A stretch of DNA of 63,985 nucleotides, counting the filler, from Globobulimina sp. (taxonomy: Eukaryota): NCBI GenBank assembly GCA_003354225.1. It is 45 parts of 45 records of this genome, joined end to end, with 100 filler letters (N's around TTAATTAATTAA, not from the genome) between each part and the next. Parts side by side here need not be neighbours in the genome. Positions count along the whole stretch, not along the records: positions 48,431 to 49,754 come from PIVH01018649.1; positions 49,855 to 51,178 come from PIVH01018650.1; positions 51,279 to 52,601 come from PIVH01018651.1; positions 52,702 to 54,024 come from PIVH01018652.1; positions 54,125 to 55,447 come from PIVH01018653.1; positions 55,548 to 56,870 come from PIVH01018654.1; positions 56,971 to 58,293 come from PIVH01018655.1; positions 58,394 to 59,716 come from PIVH01018656.1; 37 more parts are not named here. One strand, written 5' to 3'. Each line of letters begins with the position of its first letter. Position 1 is the stretch's first letter. Made by a program: the position numbers and the translations under genes. The notes beneath the pieces were generated by a model, which worked only from the letters and a program-made list of their open reading frames with translations, ran no database searches and had not been told where the DNA came from. Shown one piece after another: positions 48,644-61,929 of the stretch.

Positions 48644-49754
48644 ATGTTAAATCTCGCAAATAAAGAAGAAAAACATAACCAAGAACATTATTGTTGGATT
48701 GAAAAATGTCGCAAATCATTATTAAATTCAGAAGAACAAAATCTGCGAACCCGTGCTTTGTATTGGACACAAATTGTAAATATGAAAACTACTGAATTTA
48801 ATAATCAATTAAATATAAGATTTAATGTCTTATTTAAACCATTTGAATATAAAATATCAAATCCAATCGCATCGCATTTAAGTTATTTAATATCATGGAA
48901 AGGTTTACGATCCGACAAATTACTCGTAATTCCCAAAAAATATCAAGAGTTTGAATTCAAAGCCAAAAATTGGCTCTGCGGTCGAAGAGCTCCAAATTAT
49001 GCAAATACATTGTTTCCAGAAATGATATTAAATGCAGAAAATTATTCCAATGAATTGTCATCATTTATGTTTAAAGATTGTGCTGAAATTGCAAATTTAT
49101 ATAAAATGGGCCTAATGTTCGGATATTTATCATGTTTATGTTCAGAAAAGATTTCATTAAACGACCGATCAAAAAAAACATATTTAATGTTTGAAAATTG
49201 TTTAAAAAATAATAAAAATCGAACTGTTAAATTATTACAAAAATATGCCATTGATATTAATCCAAATCTTAAATTTCCAAATAATAATCAATGCGCCTCT
49301 CAATATTTTAAATCCAAATATCATCATTTTCTATCTGTATTACATAAACCGATTTTATTATTATACCAAAAACGACAAGAATTCGAACATAAACACAATG
49401 CATCGATTCCTCAAAACCAAAATCAACTCTGTTTGCTCATTAATAACTTATTATATTTACAACAACAGCAACAAAATACTATGCAGCATTTAACATCACG
49501 TGTGCACCAATTAGAACATATATTGCTTTCTCAATTAAATGTATGTAATTTACATTTATATTATGTCACTCCTTTTTTTTGTCCATATAATCATATTTCA
49601 GATTGATTTGAATGGTAATAATAATGCACATATTAACAGCACGTCAATGGATACGAAGATGAATGATGTCTCTCCTCATTCTTGCCATTCACCAATAACT
49701 CCAATTGGTGCATATGGTAATATTAATTTAAATGCGTTTGGTTTAAATACAAAT
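48644..49754 (+). CDS. Hypothetical protein with a Q-rich coiled coil, multi-exon, partial
   Basis: Long ORF; a GTATGT..TTTCAG intron at 49541-49600 joins the next frame. Confidence 0.5.
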
Positions 49755-49976
49755 NNNNNNNNNNNNNNNNNNNNNNNNNNNNNNNNNNNNNNNNNNNNTT
49801 AATTAATTAANNNNNNNNNNNNNNNNNNNNNNNNNNNNNNNNNNNNNNNNNNNNAACTTTTGAACACGTAAGCCTTAACAAGATTAATTAAAAAGATGAC
49901 AAGGATGAGTAGTAATACAACGGTTTGTTGATTTGTTTTTATTGTTTTAAAATTACACAATACTATTATTAATTAG

Positions 49977-51178
49977 GATATCCAAAATCCAGAAAAACAA
50001 TTCAAACAAATACAATTTTACATTATTTGCAGATTAAGCAAATTACAATCAAAAACAAAATATAAAGAATCTGATGGTTATAGCTATTTAGCATACAACA
50101 AAGATTATAAAATAACGCGATTGAAAATAGCTGCAGGATGGACAGATTTAGAGATTGGTGCTTGGGTTGAATTCGTTGATTGTGAATTATTTTATACTGC
50201 TTTAGTATTTTATCATATGAAAATCAATTCAGATGTTTTGATTAAATGTTGTAGTATTAATAAAAAAACACCAGAGATAAATATTGATGTATTAAAAAAT
50301 TTTTTACCTCTTTATCAAAAATCCATACAGCGTATTATTGATTATAGTATTGGCATTGATAATCTTAAAACAGCTGAATTTGATGGGTTATTATTGGATT
50401 CCACAATGAATTTAATCAAACATAAAAAACAAAAACAAAGATGTAATTTATTAGTTAATGTTGGACAATGTAATAATTATAAAACATCAAAGGGAAAATG
50501 GTGTTATGTTTTTAATGTTAATATGGAAATTTATAAATGTAGTATTATTCAATGGGAGGATTGTCAACATAAAGCCTATGTGGGTAATGATATAAAAAAA
50601 GGTAAACCTGTCATTTTTGTTGATGTTGCGTTTTCATTGATTGGACCAAATATTTATTTTCGAATAAAACCATCATCATTCGTATTATTTGATTTTTGTA
50701 CGGAAGTGAATAATTTTTTTCGGGATGGGCATTATAACAATTATAAATGTAATGATATTCAATATATTTGGCCACCATATAATGGAGATATGGAAAATAA
50801 ACTTCTCTTTCAAAATATTGTCATGGCAAAATATTATAATTTAAATGTTGCAAGGGCTGAAGGTAGAAGAGTTGTTGATAATCCAAAACCGATGATATTT
50901 ATTTTAAATAGTAATCAAATCACTGAAATGTGTGATATGGAATGTGTATTTAAATGTTTTTGTCGACCGTGTAATGAGGTATCTATCGGTCTTACAACAA
51001 ATTGTTGTTTTTTAAATAAGGTAAGAAATAACCCATGGGTTGAGGGTACGGCAATTATTTGTTGGAATTACACCCAACAACAAATATCATCATTATATCC
51101 ATACAAAAATAGTGATTCTCATAAAATTATTATAGGTTTACCTGCATTACAATTGATGTATATTGTTTCATTTTCAGT
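49977..51178 (+). CDS. Hypothetical protein, possibly tandem OB folds, partial
   Basis: Two beta-rich segments with LEIGAWVEFVD and IKKGKPVIFVD. Confidence 0.35.
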
Positions 51179-51457
51179 NNNNNNNNNNNNNNNNNNNNNN
51201 NNNNNNNNNNNNNNNNNNNNNNTTAATTAATTAANNNNNNNNNNNNNNNNNNNNNNNNNNNNNNNNNNNNNNNNNNNNTGTAATTGTAATTGAATATAAA
51301 TTGATCAGATACATAGAGGCCAATCCCTTAAAATTGAAGATAATAATTATTACTTTAATACTTGCAAAAAACAAACAAAAACACATTGAAATAATAAAAA
51401 AAAAAATAAAACAATCAACTCACAAAACAATGTAAAAAAATGTTTGTTTCTTTATAT

Positions 51458-52601
51458 TTATGTCTTACATTTTTCTAATATTGATTGCATTTTTGAATCA
51501 ATCGAATCTTTGACAGACTCATAAAAAAACAATGACTTGAATTCTTTTAACAAAACAGTTAATTCATTTTGCCATTGTTCAAATACAAATTTATATAAAT
51601 TACATGAATCAATTCGATGTATATTAAATATTATATCCTCCAAATACTGCCACTCATTCTCCACACTCTCATTCCCAATCGCTTCATGTCTCTCATTAAT
51701 TGCATTTAAAATGTTCAATAAAAGCTGCGAATTGGAATTCTCTGCATCTCTTTCGACAATTTCTTGTATCCCACTGATAAATGATTGATATAATAACTGC
51801 GACGACAGCATGGTCCATAACTTTTGGATCTCGTCAATATCATCAAATTCATCCATATTCATCCCCGACGCAATTATCTCAAATATCATCTCTTCATTAT
51901 TCCCATCCAAATCATATTCCAACTGCTCATGTTCTGGCTCTCTATGACTCGTACATTCATGTCGATGTTCACCTATTTTCGACAGGTTAACATTTTTCAT
52001 CTCGCTGTTATTTGCCGACAATCCGTCGAAAATAGGATGCATTTGATAGCCGTAGAAAACCTGATAATTTTGCACATATAAATTGCTTAATTTCGATAAA
52101 TAAAACGGAATGGAATACATATACAACGTAGCGTCGTTCAGCAAGGCTGGCGAGCTGTCATTTAATTGCCAGCCACAGGCAAAATGCAACGTATATGACG
52201 CTTGAAACACACTCGCATCAAATAATAATTTGTTATACGATAATATGACTCGGCCCGGCTTCGCACTGCGAATGTAATCGTCATTCATGACATCGTCAAT
52301 AAAATACGACAAATATTCATCATCGCCGCTCTCACTGAAATCCATATAAATTATATCCGATATATTATACAAAGCGCGCACTGACGGCGCATATAAGTCT
52401 ACATTGATAAGCTGAATACGCTCCGATAAGCCCGCTCTGGCAATGTTCATCTCCGCATAGCGATATTTCACCTCACTCGTCCCAGTGATGCATATGCCGC
52501 GAATAGTGGTGAAATTCTGCAATAAATAGATCAAAGCATCGCCAACACCGCAGTTTATATCCAATATTGTATCGCCTTCGTAAAACCATTGCGGCAATTT
52601 G
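51458..52601 (-). CDS. Class I SAM-dependent methyltransferase-like protein, 5' truncated
   Basis: TILDINCGVGD, AGLSERIQLINVD, KPGRVIL. Confidence 0.7.
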
Positions 52602-52701
52602 NNNNNNNNNNNNNNNNNNNNNNNNNNNNNNNNNNNNNNNNNNNNTTAATTAATTAANNNNNNNNNNNNNNNNNNNNNNNNNNNNNNNNNNNNNNNNNNN
52701 N

Positions 52702-54024
52702 CCCTTGTCAAACAAACCGTTTATGGAATTTCAAAATGTTCAAAACTTTGAAAGTGTCAATATGTGTTTTTAAAACTTTTTTCAATTTTGGGAAATTCTT
52801 ACCTCGGCTGGCACGTGAAGGGCAAACTGGATGGTTTGGCAAAAGAGGCACATCGTGGCATATTTTTGTTGCTGTTATAAAGGATGAAGATGGGAAAATT
52901 ACAAAAAGGACATATGTTCACGTTTTTCAACAAGCCAGCCAGATAAGTAGCGAAGTGACCGCGATTCTTGATCATGTGCTGCACAACATCAAAGAGGAGA
53001 AACCACATATTGAAAAAGCAACTATTAGATCTGATAATGCGGTAAACTTAGTAATTTTATCAAGACATAAAATAAACTAATATTTATAGGCACATTATAA
53101 ATCCTCATCCGGAATAGCATCAATTGAAAACTTGTCAAAGGGACCGATTTTGGTAAAGCGGTGGATTTTCAGCGAGCCTCAAGTAGAACAATTTTGATTT
53201 CTATATTTTTATTTCATTTTCATTTTATGTATTTAGACTGGAAAGGGCCCTGCGGATAGAGCAGCTGCTCGAATTAAACGTCAAGTCTACATGTATGCAG
53301 TGTTTTATCTTTTACAATTTCTACAATTAATAGTGTCCACAATGTTTTAGGTATGTTGACGAAAAAAATGACGCTGTCACAGCAGAAGAATTTGTTGTAG
53401 CGGCAAGTTCACACAATGGTCTAGCAGATGTAAGCATGTTCGTTGGCAGAGTTGAAATTCCACAGGATACAACTACTGCTGGAGGGAAGCCTGAGGAACA
53501 GCCAGTGAAGAAAACAAAGACACCAACGATAAAGGGAATTTCAAAATATTATGATTTCAAATTTCGCTGGATCGCTCACCAGCCGTTGTACCTTGGTGAA
53601 CTCAAGGCCTGGCGAATGCCTGATATCGGAAATGGAATTATAATTGACCGCAAATTTTGGGCTGGACATGGCAACAAAGATAAGTTTATTTCAACATTTG
53701 AACGTCATGAGAATTCTGACCACAAAATCAATGGATATGATTATTGGAAGCCAATTGGAGAAACACAGTATCCCAGCGGAGAGCAACTGCAAGGTGCCAG
53801 AAATGAAGCAGATGAAGGCTTTGTCGACAATGAAGAAGATGTGGATGAACCGTACATCCCTAACCCACATGATGACACTGAAACTGAACTAGATTATGAG
53901 AAAGAGAATGAAAATGTTTTATTTGATTGCCCAGAGCCCAACTGCATCAAAAAATATCAATTCTATGGGAATCTGATCAGGCACCTGGCCAGTGGAAAGC
54001 ACCAATACAAACCAGAACGACCGT
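52702..54024 (+). mobile_element. Intron-containing RNase H-fold DDD/E transposase with a C2H2 finger (Sola-like, tentative)
   Basis: Three short introns splice to give WFGKRGTSWH...IRSDNAAHY...FSEPQTGKGPADR; downstream CPEPNC...HLASGKH. Confidence 0.65.
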
Positions 54025-54124
54025 NNNNNNNNNNNNNNNNNNNNNNNNNNNNNNNNNNNNNNNNNNNNTTAATTAATTAANNNNNNNNNNNNNNNNNNNN
54101 NNNNNNNNNNNNNNNNNNNNNNNN

Positions 54125-54413
54125 AGCTGGTTTCTGCATTGGCATCATTGAAAAAGAAGGGGTTGATTGAATATGAAAGTTTAAAAAGACCGGGTTCGAT
54201 TGAGTTATTGGAGGTTTGGATAAAATTGATTGGGAACAAGTGGCTGAACGGCGAGAAGCAGCGATTCAAAAAGAAAAGCAAATGAAAATGTTGATGAATA
54301 CCACAAGTTGTAGAAGAAAATATTTATTGAATTATTTCGGTGAAGAATGTCATAAAGACATAAATTTTAAATGTTGTGACAATTGTGAAATTATAAAATG
54401 TGTTTCAAAATAG
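54125..54413 (+). CDS. RecQ-family helicase C-terminal zinc-binding region
   Basis: CRRKYLLNYFGE...CCDNC. Confidence 0.8.
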
Positions 54414-54444
54414 TAATCTAACTGTAAACCCTAATTTTATACTA

Positions 54445-54700
54445 TTATTACATTTTCAGTTTTTATAACAACAGGTACTCATCTGACAATAGTATTTTGT
54501 ATATGAAATCTCAATATAACTTTTTGGAGAGGCCTCGACTATAAGGAGCTGCCTCGACTATAAGGAGCAGCCCAGGGACCCTTCATAGTTATGGGTTAGA
54601 TCCAATAGGAACTTTTCTGAAATAAAAAGATATTGAGATTTCATATACAATACTATTGTCAGATGAGTACCATGTTGTTATAAAAACTGAAAATATAATA
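54445..54700. mobile_element. MITE-like palindromic element 1 (~65-bp imperfect TIRs, internal 18-bp direct repeat)
   Basis: ATTTTCAGTTTTTATAACAACA-GGTACTCATCTGACAATAGTA...TGAAATCTCAATA is inverted at 54631-54694. Confidence 0.75.
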
Positions 54701-54737
54701 TATGTTCAATAAAATAATATATGTTTAATGCAATTTT

Positions 54738-54909
54738 ATTATTACATTTTCAGTTTTTATAACAACAAGTTGTACGAAATTTCATATACAAAAAAAAGTT
54801 ATTCTAAATATAACTTTTTTGTTTGAGAAAAGTTATATTTGAAATTTCATATACAAAAAAAAAATTATTCTGTACAACTTGTTGTTATAAAAACTGAAAA
54901 TGTAATAAT
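54738..54909. mobile_element. MITE-like palindromic element 2 (38-bp perfect TIRs, same terminus as element 1)
   Basis: 54738-54775 is the exact reverse complement of 54872-54909. Confidence 0.8.
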
Positions 54910-55723
54910 TGGTGAATATTTTAATATTTAAAATAAGCAAATTATTTTCTCCAAATACATATAGCTATTATTTCCCCGTTACTGTACGTATTAATTATTT
55001 AATTATTTGTGCATCAGCTATGAATTTATATGTGTGTACATACCATATTTAATGGATCCCTTGTGTGATTGTAGTAACGTGAATCTTTGAAAATTAAAAT
55101 CTTACAATTTCGGCCCCATATAGGCTTAGTTCATCGAAAAAAAAATATAATCATTACTTAGTAAAGATGTCAAGTTTAAGTGCAGAAGAAATCGTGGTAA
55201 AAGTAATATTATGTATAATTTGACTATTACCCGCACTTTCAGGCCTTTACCGAGCAGTAAAACCAATCCAATCATTGAAATTACTTCAAATCACTTTAAT
55301 CAAAGAAAAGCCGCAAAATGAAATAAAACGGAAGGAAAATAGGTTATAAATAAAATGTTAAAAGATAACATTTTATTAATAATGTTAAAAACGTTTTTTT
55401 GAAGCATGATGAAATATGAAATGTTAATTATACTGTATATTGTTTATNNNNNNNNNNNNNNNNNNNNNNNNNNNNNNNNNNNNNNNNNNNNTTAATTAAT
55501 TAANNNNNNNNNNNNNNNNNNNNNNNNNNNNNNNNNNNNNNNNNNNNTCTGGATGATTTTGCCAAAGAGTTATTGCCCATGGTCGGCATACTTAGTTACA
55601 AAGTGAAGCACTCAAATGTTAGTAAAAATAGAAAATTTAAATGTTGATTGAAGAAATGAACTAAAAGCAAAAACCCTATTAGGAGCTGTGAGGTTTTTGA
55701 GTTTTTTCAATCAAGTTTGTAAC

Positions 55724-56870
55724 ATGGCTACTCATCGCCGTCATCACTCTGAACAAATAATATCGATTTCGCCGAAACTCACACAATTTACACTGAATAA
55801 AGATGACGATATACTGCATATTTTACGTGGTACAATAATTGATATAAATCGTGATATATCATTATCAAATTCATTCATGGACTCAGAGGAAGAATATATA
55901 TTATTAAATGAATTCGAAATTATTGAATGTTGGCAAAAAGAACATTACGATGCACATTGGTTCATTTGCATTGAAAAAGAAGTATTCATCGCTCAATTTA
56001 CAAATACATTCAATGTATCCATATTAACCGCAATCAAATTATATAATCGATTGAAAATAAAAATATTGCGTGCGAATAAAAATAGATATAATATGCTTTT
56101 AGACGATGAATTAAAACAAAAAGATATTAAAAAATCAAAACATAATGAATATTATCCAGAAAAATTTGTATTTATTTGGGATAATACAATCAAACAAATA
56201 ATACATTGCAACCATAAACATTTCCTATTGATTTGTTCAGACATTATTACTAAAATAAATAATATAAAACTAAAAACTTATAAATATCCATTATTTGACC
56301 GATATAAAATTTTATTATTTATACAACGCATAAATATGAATGGATTATTATTTACACACATAAATAAAAAGACATTTATTAATTCTGTAAAATATTCAAT
56401 GGTGCAATTATTGTCTAAATATAAGCATATAAATATGTTAATTATTAAAAATTTAAATGACGAAACACCGATAAAATTTGCAGAAACGTTTTATGATAAA
56501 ATATGCCAATATAAATTTAATACAATTGCAAATGATACGATTTGTACATTAAATCTTAACGAAAACGATACAAAATGGAATAATAACCCTAATGTATTAA
56601 ACTTCAATGAAACTGGATCAAAGATGGACAGTTATAACCCACCAAAAACATATGTTTCTGAGCAGAAAGTTAATGTTTCTCCGAAAAAATCCGAACAGAA
56701 ATTGCAAGTAAAGCAAAATGAAATTGGTGACAAAAAATGGTGTAAAATGACGAATTTTGATGATATAGAAACAGTGGGATATATTTGTGATGATTCTATT
56801 GTTGTCATCGGACATATTATGGATAAAACAAGCAATCAAATAAAGTTAAAATTTAAAACAGATTACTTAT
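55724..56870 (+). CDS. Hypothetical protein, 3' truncated
   Basis: Open frame of more than 380 codons in very AT-rich DNA. Confidence 0.55.
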
Positions 56871-57228
56871 NNNNNNNNNNNNNNNNNNNNNNNNNNNNNN
56901 NNNNNNNNNNNNNNTTAATTAATTAANNNNNNNNNNNNNNNNNNNNNNNNNNNNNNNNNNNNNNNNNNNNATCAATATGCCAAACACAGGGTGCACGTGC
57001 ATTTGATACACAATTCCTACAATTCCGATATCCGCAAATGTCCGTCGCATTTTCCTTTTTTGATGAATATAGTTGTTAACATAATGAAATGAATGGGTAC
57101 TTTTTCTCAAAGTATGTTAAAAAATAACAGTTTGCATTAGTTTGCTATGCATACTCGCAACAAATGACTTCTTGTCATCATACTTCTTGTTTTTTTCAGC
57201 TAGCGGCCCACTTAAGTCTTGAGTGATA

Positions 57229-57867
57229 ATGGAAGAGTTTGAAGAGCTTTGGCAAGAATATAAACGTGAATACACATCAAATTCAGAACAACTAGTAGCA
57301 ATTATCCGTGTCATCCCCACCATAGCAAGCTCACAACGTGATGACTATGAAGAACAGGGAAATGAATGTTTACGCAACATAGAGCGTTCAATTGCAGATT
57401 TAAACCAATCATTGCGGGAAAATAGAGCATTAACAGGGAAGGATAAATACAGGCAGCAATTAAATATATTTAAACAGCAATTAAAATCACAAAAATCAAA
57501 TCTCAGTCAAGCACTTCAAAAACAAAGATATAAATCATATTCAATGCATGAACGCGAAGACAGACAGAATTTATTGCATGGAAATGAAATAATTGACAGC
57601 ACACAAAATGCATTGGATCAATCAAAAGTAATCGTTGCAGAAACTGAGATAATCGCTATTGATACTTCTGATAAAGTGAATATACAAGGTGTAGAATTAC
57701 AAAATGTTTTGGAAAATGTTCACGAAATAAATGAAACATCAGCGAGAGCGAGAAGGATTATGTTAGGGATGGCGAGAAGATTAATGACTGATAGAATTAT
57801 TCAAGTTATTATTATATTTCTTGAATTTGGTATCATTGCAGGATTATTATATTGGAAATTCAGATAG
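57229..57867 (+). CDS. VTI1-like Qb-SNARE
   Basis: Habc-like helices, SNARE motif ETEIIAIDTSDKVNIQ...ARRIMLGMARR, and a C-terminal TM. Confidence 0.85.
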   Translation: MEEFEELWQEYKREYTSNSEQLVAIIRVIPTIASSQRDDYEEQGNECLRNIERSIADLNQSLRENRALTGKDKYRQQLNIFKQQLKSQKSNLSQALQKQRYKSYSMHEREDRQNLLHGNEIIDSTQNALDQSKVIVAETEIIAIDTSDKVNIQGVELQNVLENVHEINETSARARRIMLGMARRLMTDRIIQVIIIFLEFGIIAGLLYWKFR

Positions 57868-57973
57868 TACTTGTAATGCTTGCTTTAATTCTGATTTTAT
57901 TTTGTTTGTTAACATCTTAAGGTTTTGAAGAAGAAGAAATAATACTTTGCACTGAAGTGACTCAAATTGTATA

Positions 57974-58293
57974 ATGGATGATACTATGTCAGTACAATCA
58001 TTCTCAAGGGATGATGCCAAACAATCGTATCCAAAAGAAAGCCCAGTTCATGACGAGCACCCAAAAGAAAAGAAATGTGCTAATTTAACATTTAATTTCA
58101 TATATCAAATATGCGACATCTTGGTTGCATTGTCATTGATTTTTTGGGCGTATTGTTTATCTCCAAAGAGTTTTAATACGTTTTCAAACGAAGCATCATT
58201 GGCAATGTTTATGTCACGTTTGCTCGTTACATTATACTTTGCAGCATTCAGTATTACGATAATATTATGCACATTTTATTATCCATTCAAAAC
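57974..58293 (+). CDS. Small multi-TM protein (TVP15/COPI-associated-like, tentative), partial
   Basis: Two TM helices before the contig edge. Confidence 0.4.
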
Positions 58294-58393
58294 NNNNNNN
58301 NNNNNNNNNNNNNNNNNNNNNNNNNNNNNNNNNNNNNTTAATTAATTAANNNNNNNNNNNNNNNNNNNNNNNNNNNNNNNNNNNNNNNNNNNN

Positions 58394-59716
58394 ATTTCTC
58401 CAATTTACGTTGCTGTAGTTCTTTGCCATTATTAATATTATTGACATCTAATTTATCTTTGTATTTCTTATCATTTTCAACAATATTCCTCTCCCATTCT
58501 TGATGTTTTTTGTTTGCCCTTTCTTCCATTTCTTTCCTTTCTTCTTCATATTTCCAATGTATTTCCTCTTCTTTCTTCAAACCAACATAGCTCTTAAACT
58601 TAAATACAAAATAAATAGCCGCAGCCCCCAGAAAAAGAGCCAATGCAATCATTGTAAAATCTGGTGGATGTTTGTATTTATTTCTGTTTTCTATTCTTAT
58701 CGGTTTGAACCATTTCAGATCCTGTCTGGTCACCGCATTCTTATCTGGTTTATCCAACCAATTTGTGGGTTGTTGCAAACCCAAAAAGGAGACAAATGCA
58801 TTTGCCGTATATTCAATGCCTCCGGAAAAGCCCAACGAAGACATCGAACTTCTTTTGCGTATTGTTGCACTAAAATGTGGTATAAAATATACATATAACT
58901 CTCCATTATCCGGCATAAATGTCTTCCAATTTGTTGCTCGCAGACAAAATTTAACCGTATTCTCTGCGCTCAAACCGGGAATAAATGATTGTAAATTGAA
59001 TAATTCATCAGAACATATGCGAAAATTTCTTGATATCTCCGAAAAAGAAAAGGAAAACTCAGCAATTGATATTTTAGATGACATAGTAAATTCAGAGTGG
59101 TCTTCGCTATTTGTATTGGCCATTATTTCTTCACTCTGTTTATCGGCATTTTGTTCACCACTCTCTCCAACTAATTGTGCTTCGATGAATATGCTGATAC
59201 TCACTCTCAACTTGCTCGGCTTAAATATTTCAACATACTGTGGGTGCTGCAATGCAGTGATACAGTTTGCTTCCGATACATACAAACAACCTAAGAATTG
59301 TTCATCGGAATTGTCTGTGCAATATGTTGCAATAAATTGGTTGTCCGCATCGGAATAAATCATTGCTGTTTTTGATTGTTGCTGCGATAATATTGTGCAT
59401 GATTTTTGTCGCGAAGCACTCCAATAATACGATATTCCATACATATCTGATGGGCACTCCTCCGCATTTCTAAATGTTTTGTTATTTTCAGAGGTTTTAA
59501 TGTATCCTAAGTTTGATGAGTCGAAAGTGGTTACGTTTATATTTCTGCCCGTTGTGTCATTTGGTTGCTTGATGTGTACGATTTGGTTGTGTGGAAATAA
59601 AGAGATTCCGGATTTTAATGTTTTGAAGTCAGAACATGGAAATTGTGGGGATAGTGTTGGAATATAAACAATTTCTTTCAATTTAATATCAGAATTCCCA
59701 TAGCAATTCGAGGTGG
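58394..59716 (-). CDS. Single-pass membrane protein with a coiled-coil tail, partial
   Basis: Frame open across the contig; TM MIALALFLGAAAIYFVF. Confidence 0.6.
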
Positions 59717-59816
59717 NNNNNNNNNNNNNNNNNNNNNNNNNNNNNNNNNNNNNNNNNNNNTTAATTAATTAANNNNNNNNNNNNNNNNNNNNNNNNNNNN
59801 NNNNNNNNNNNNNNNN

Positions 59817-60697
59817 TTCGAATTTAAAAGTGAACCTAAAAACGTTGCACTATAACCAGCCAAATCTAAGCCGCTCCATTTTATTCTCACATCGCCGACA
59901 TTTGGCTCATCATAACCCTCAGAACTCTGTGTCTCATAATAAATATAACCATGCCTCATATTCCATTTCCTTCCTTTTGATGAATGATGTTTATTATATA
60001 CATTCTGTGTGATATCATCCCATGACAATGAAGCATCTGTTAACATGGAACGAATATGATTTGAAATATAATATTCCCCCAACATAATTTTTGAGGACCA
60101 AAAATATTTGTTTTTATTTTGTGCGGATATAAATTCATTATTTTGTGGATTGTAGTGATTTTCTTGGTGTTTAAACCTTGAATTACTATGATATTCAGAA
60201 TCCCATTTTTTATGATAATCATACGTTGTAACTGTACGTTCTTCTTCTCCGTCATATGATGTTTCCTTTTTTTTTGTTGTTTTTTCAAACCATTGAAACA
60301 TTTCGATATCTTTAGCCATTACAAATCCTTTGTATTTTACACCAGAATCAGGATCAATGGGTGCCTGTGAATCTGGTGATAAATGTAATGAATCAGTGAG
60401 ATATATTGGATCCGAGGCGGAGATTGTTTTAAAAAGATTATAATTATTCATATTGATCACAGTTTTTTGTATGGTATTGATATCTTGCAACCGTGAGATG
60501 TAATTTTGTTCAGTTGTAAATTGTACAATTATAGCACTGATAATCATTGCAAACCCAACAAATGTTAAACATAATGCATCGCTGCATGTTGTTGTTGAGC
60601 CACCGTACTGTCCTCTTCTTCTCCTACGCGATGCACCATACTCTGTAAATTGATTAGGCCCTGTTTGAGCTGGCCGAGTATTTCTTCTGTAAGACAT
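59817..60697 (-). CDS. TMEM43: TMEM43/LUMA (DUF1625) family protein, partial
   Basis: DIEMFQWFE, YDYHKKWDSEYHSNSRF...HYNP, PNVGDVRIKW. Confidence 0.85.
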
Positions 60698-60777
60698 GTT
60701 TTTACTTAAAGTCAAGGCTGAAAAAACCGTCAGGTCTTATTTTACAAAAAACAAAATGTCAAAAGTCAAAGCAACCG

Positions 60778-61139
60778 TCATACAGATGACGGACTAATAA
60801 AAAACATGTCCTTAAACTCTTTAGCTGATACCGACTCAAATGCAGTTGTTGTTATACCTGCGAATATCGCATTATATTTTGGTATTATTATATTGCCATA
60901 AATAGTTTCTTCATTTCTTATTGGATCGACTGATAACAATCTCCAACATTTTGCTATAAATTTCAATTGTTCGTCTGTAAATTCATTATCTTTGTATTCA
61001 TCATCTACAATATTCAAAACATCCAAGTTACCCATAAAAATATCCTCCTTTGTCAATAATACAGGTAATAAATCATGAGCCATATCCACTCTTTCTTTGC
61101 TCTCATAAATGTCCGAATATTTATTCAATTCATTAATAG
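60778..61139 (-). CDS. Hypothetical protein, 3' end
   Basis: Open from the contig edge to a stop. Confidence 0.4.
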
Positions 61140-61239
61140 NNNNNNNNNNNNNNNNNNNNNNNNNNNNNNNNNNNNNNNNNNNNTTAATTAATTAANNNNN
61201 NNNNNNNNNNNNNNNNNNNNNNNNNNNNNNNNNNNNNNN

Positions 61240-61910
61240 TTGGTTCTCGTCATGTTCGCAAAGGTATGAAAGTTCTTGATGTTGGTTGCGGTCAAGAATT
61301 ACCATTTCTACGTAGTCTTGGCGGTTCTAATCCAAACACAATTCCAGACCTTTACGTCGGTGTTGATTTGAATAAAATCAAAGATATCCCCAAACGTAAA
61401 TGGGCTACTGTGTTACCTGAGTTCAACTTCATTGATGACTATGAAGAACTTGAAATGAACTATGGTGAGTTTGATATCATCGTTAACTATGAAGTCTATG
61501 AGCATATTACATTAAGCCTATCTCGTCTTCTACTGAAAAACATGCGTGCATTACTTGCTCCAGGCGGTAAAGTATTCTTCAGCACCCCAGTCTATTGTGA
61601 TTCATTTAAAATGGCACGTAACCACATTAATGAATTGCGTAAAGACGAAGTTGAAGCTGAACTTAAACATGCAGGTTTCAAAATAGTTAAGCAGTTCGGC
61701 ACATTCGGTAATTTGCGTGATTATAAAAAAGTTGCAACCGAAGAAGAAATGGAAACCTACCAAACAGCGCGCGAGTTCTACGGCGACGATTTATTAGGTT
61801 GCTATTTATCCCCTAAGTATCCTGAAGCATCTCGTAACATAACTCATGTATTAATGCGTGATGACGAATTAGATGTCGATGAGTGTGTTCTGAAGGACTC
61901 TGTAGTATAG
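61240..61910 (+). CDS. Phage-like class I SAM-dependent methyltransferase, 5' truncated
   Basis: VLDVGCG, YVGVDLN, EVYEHI, LAPGGKVFFSTP, NHINE, QFGTF, YPEASRN; intronless with prokaryotic codon use (CGT, GGT). Confidence 0.8.
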
Positions 61911-61929
61911 TATTCCATTAATCAATAAA

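Noticed and set aside
58500-59358. Long antisense ORFs (also 617-1063, 25020-25415, 40262-40819)
   Set aside because: They are shadows of better-supported genes on the opposite strand and show no motifs of their own.
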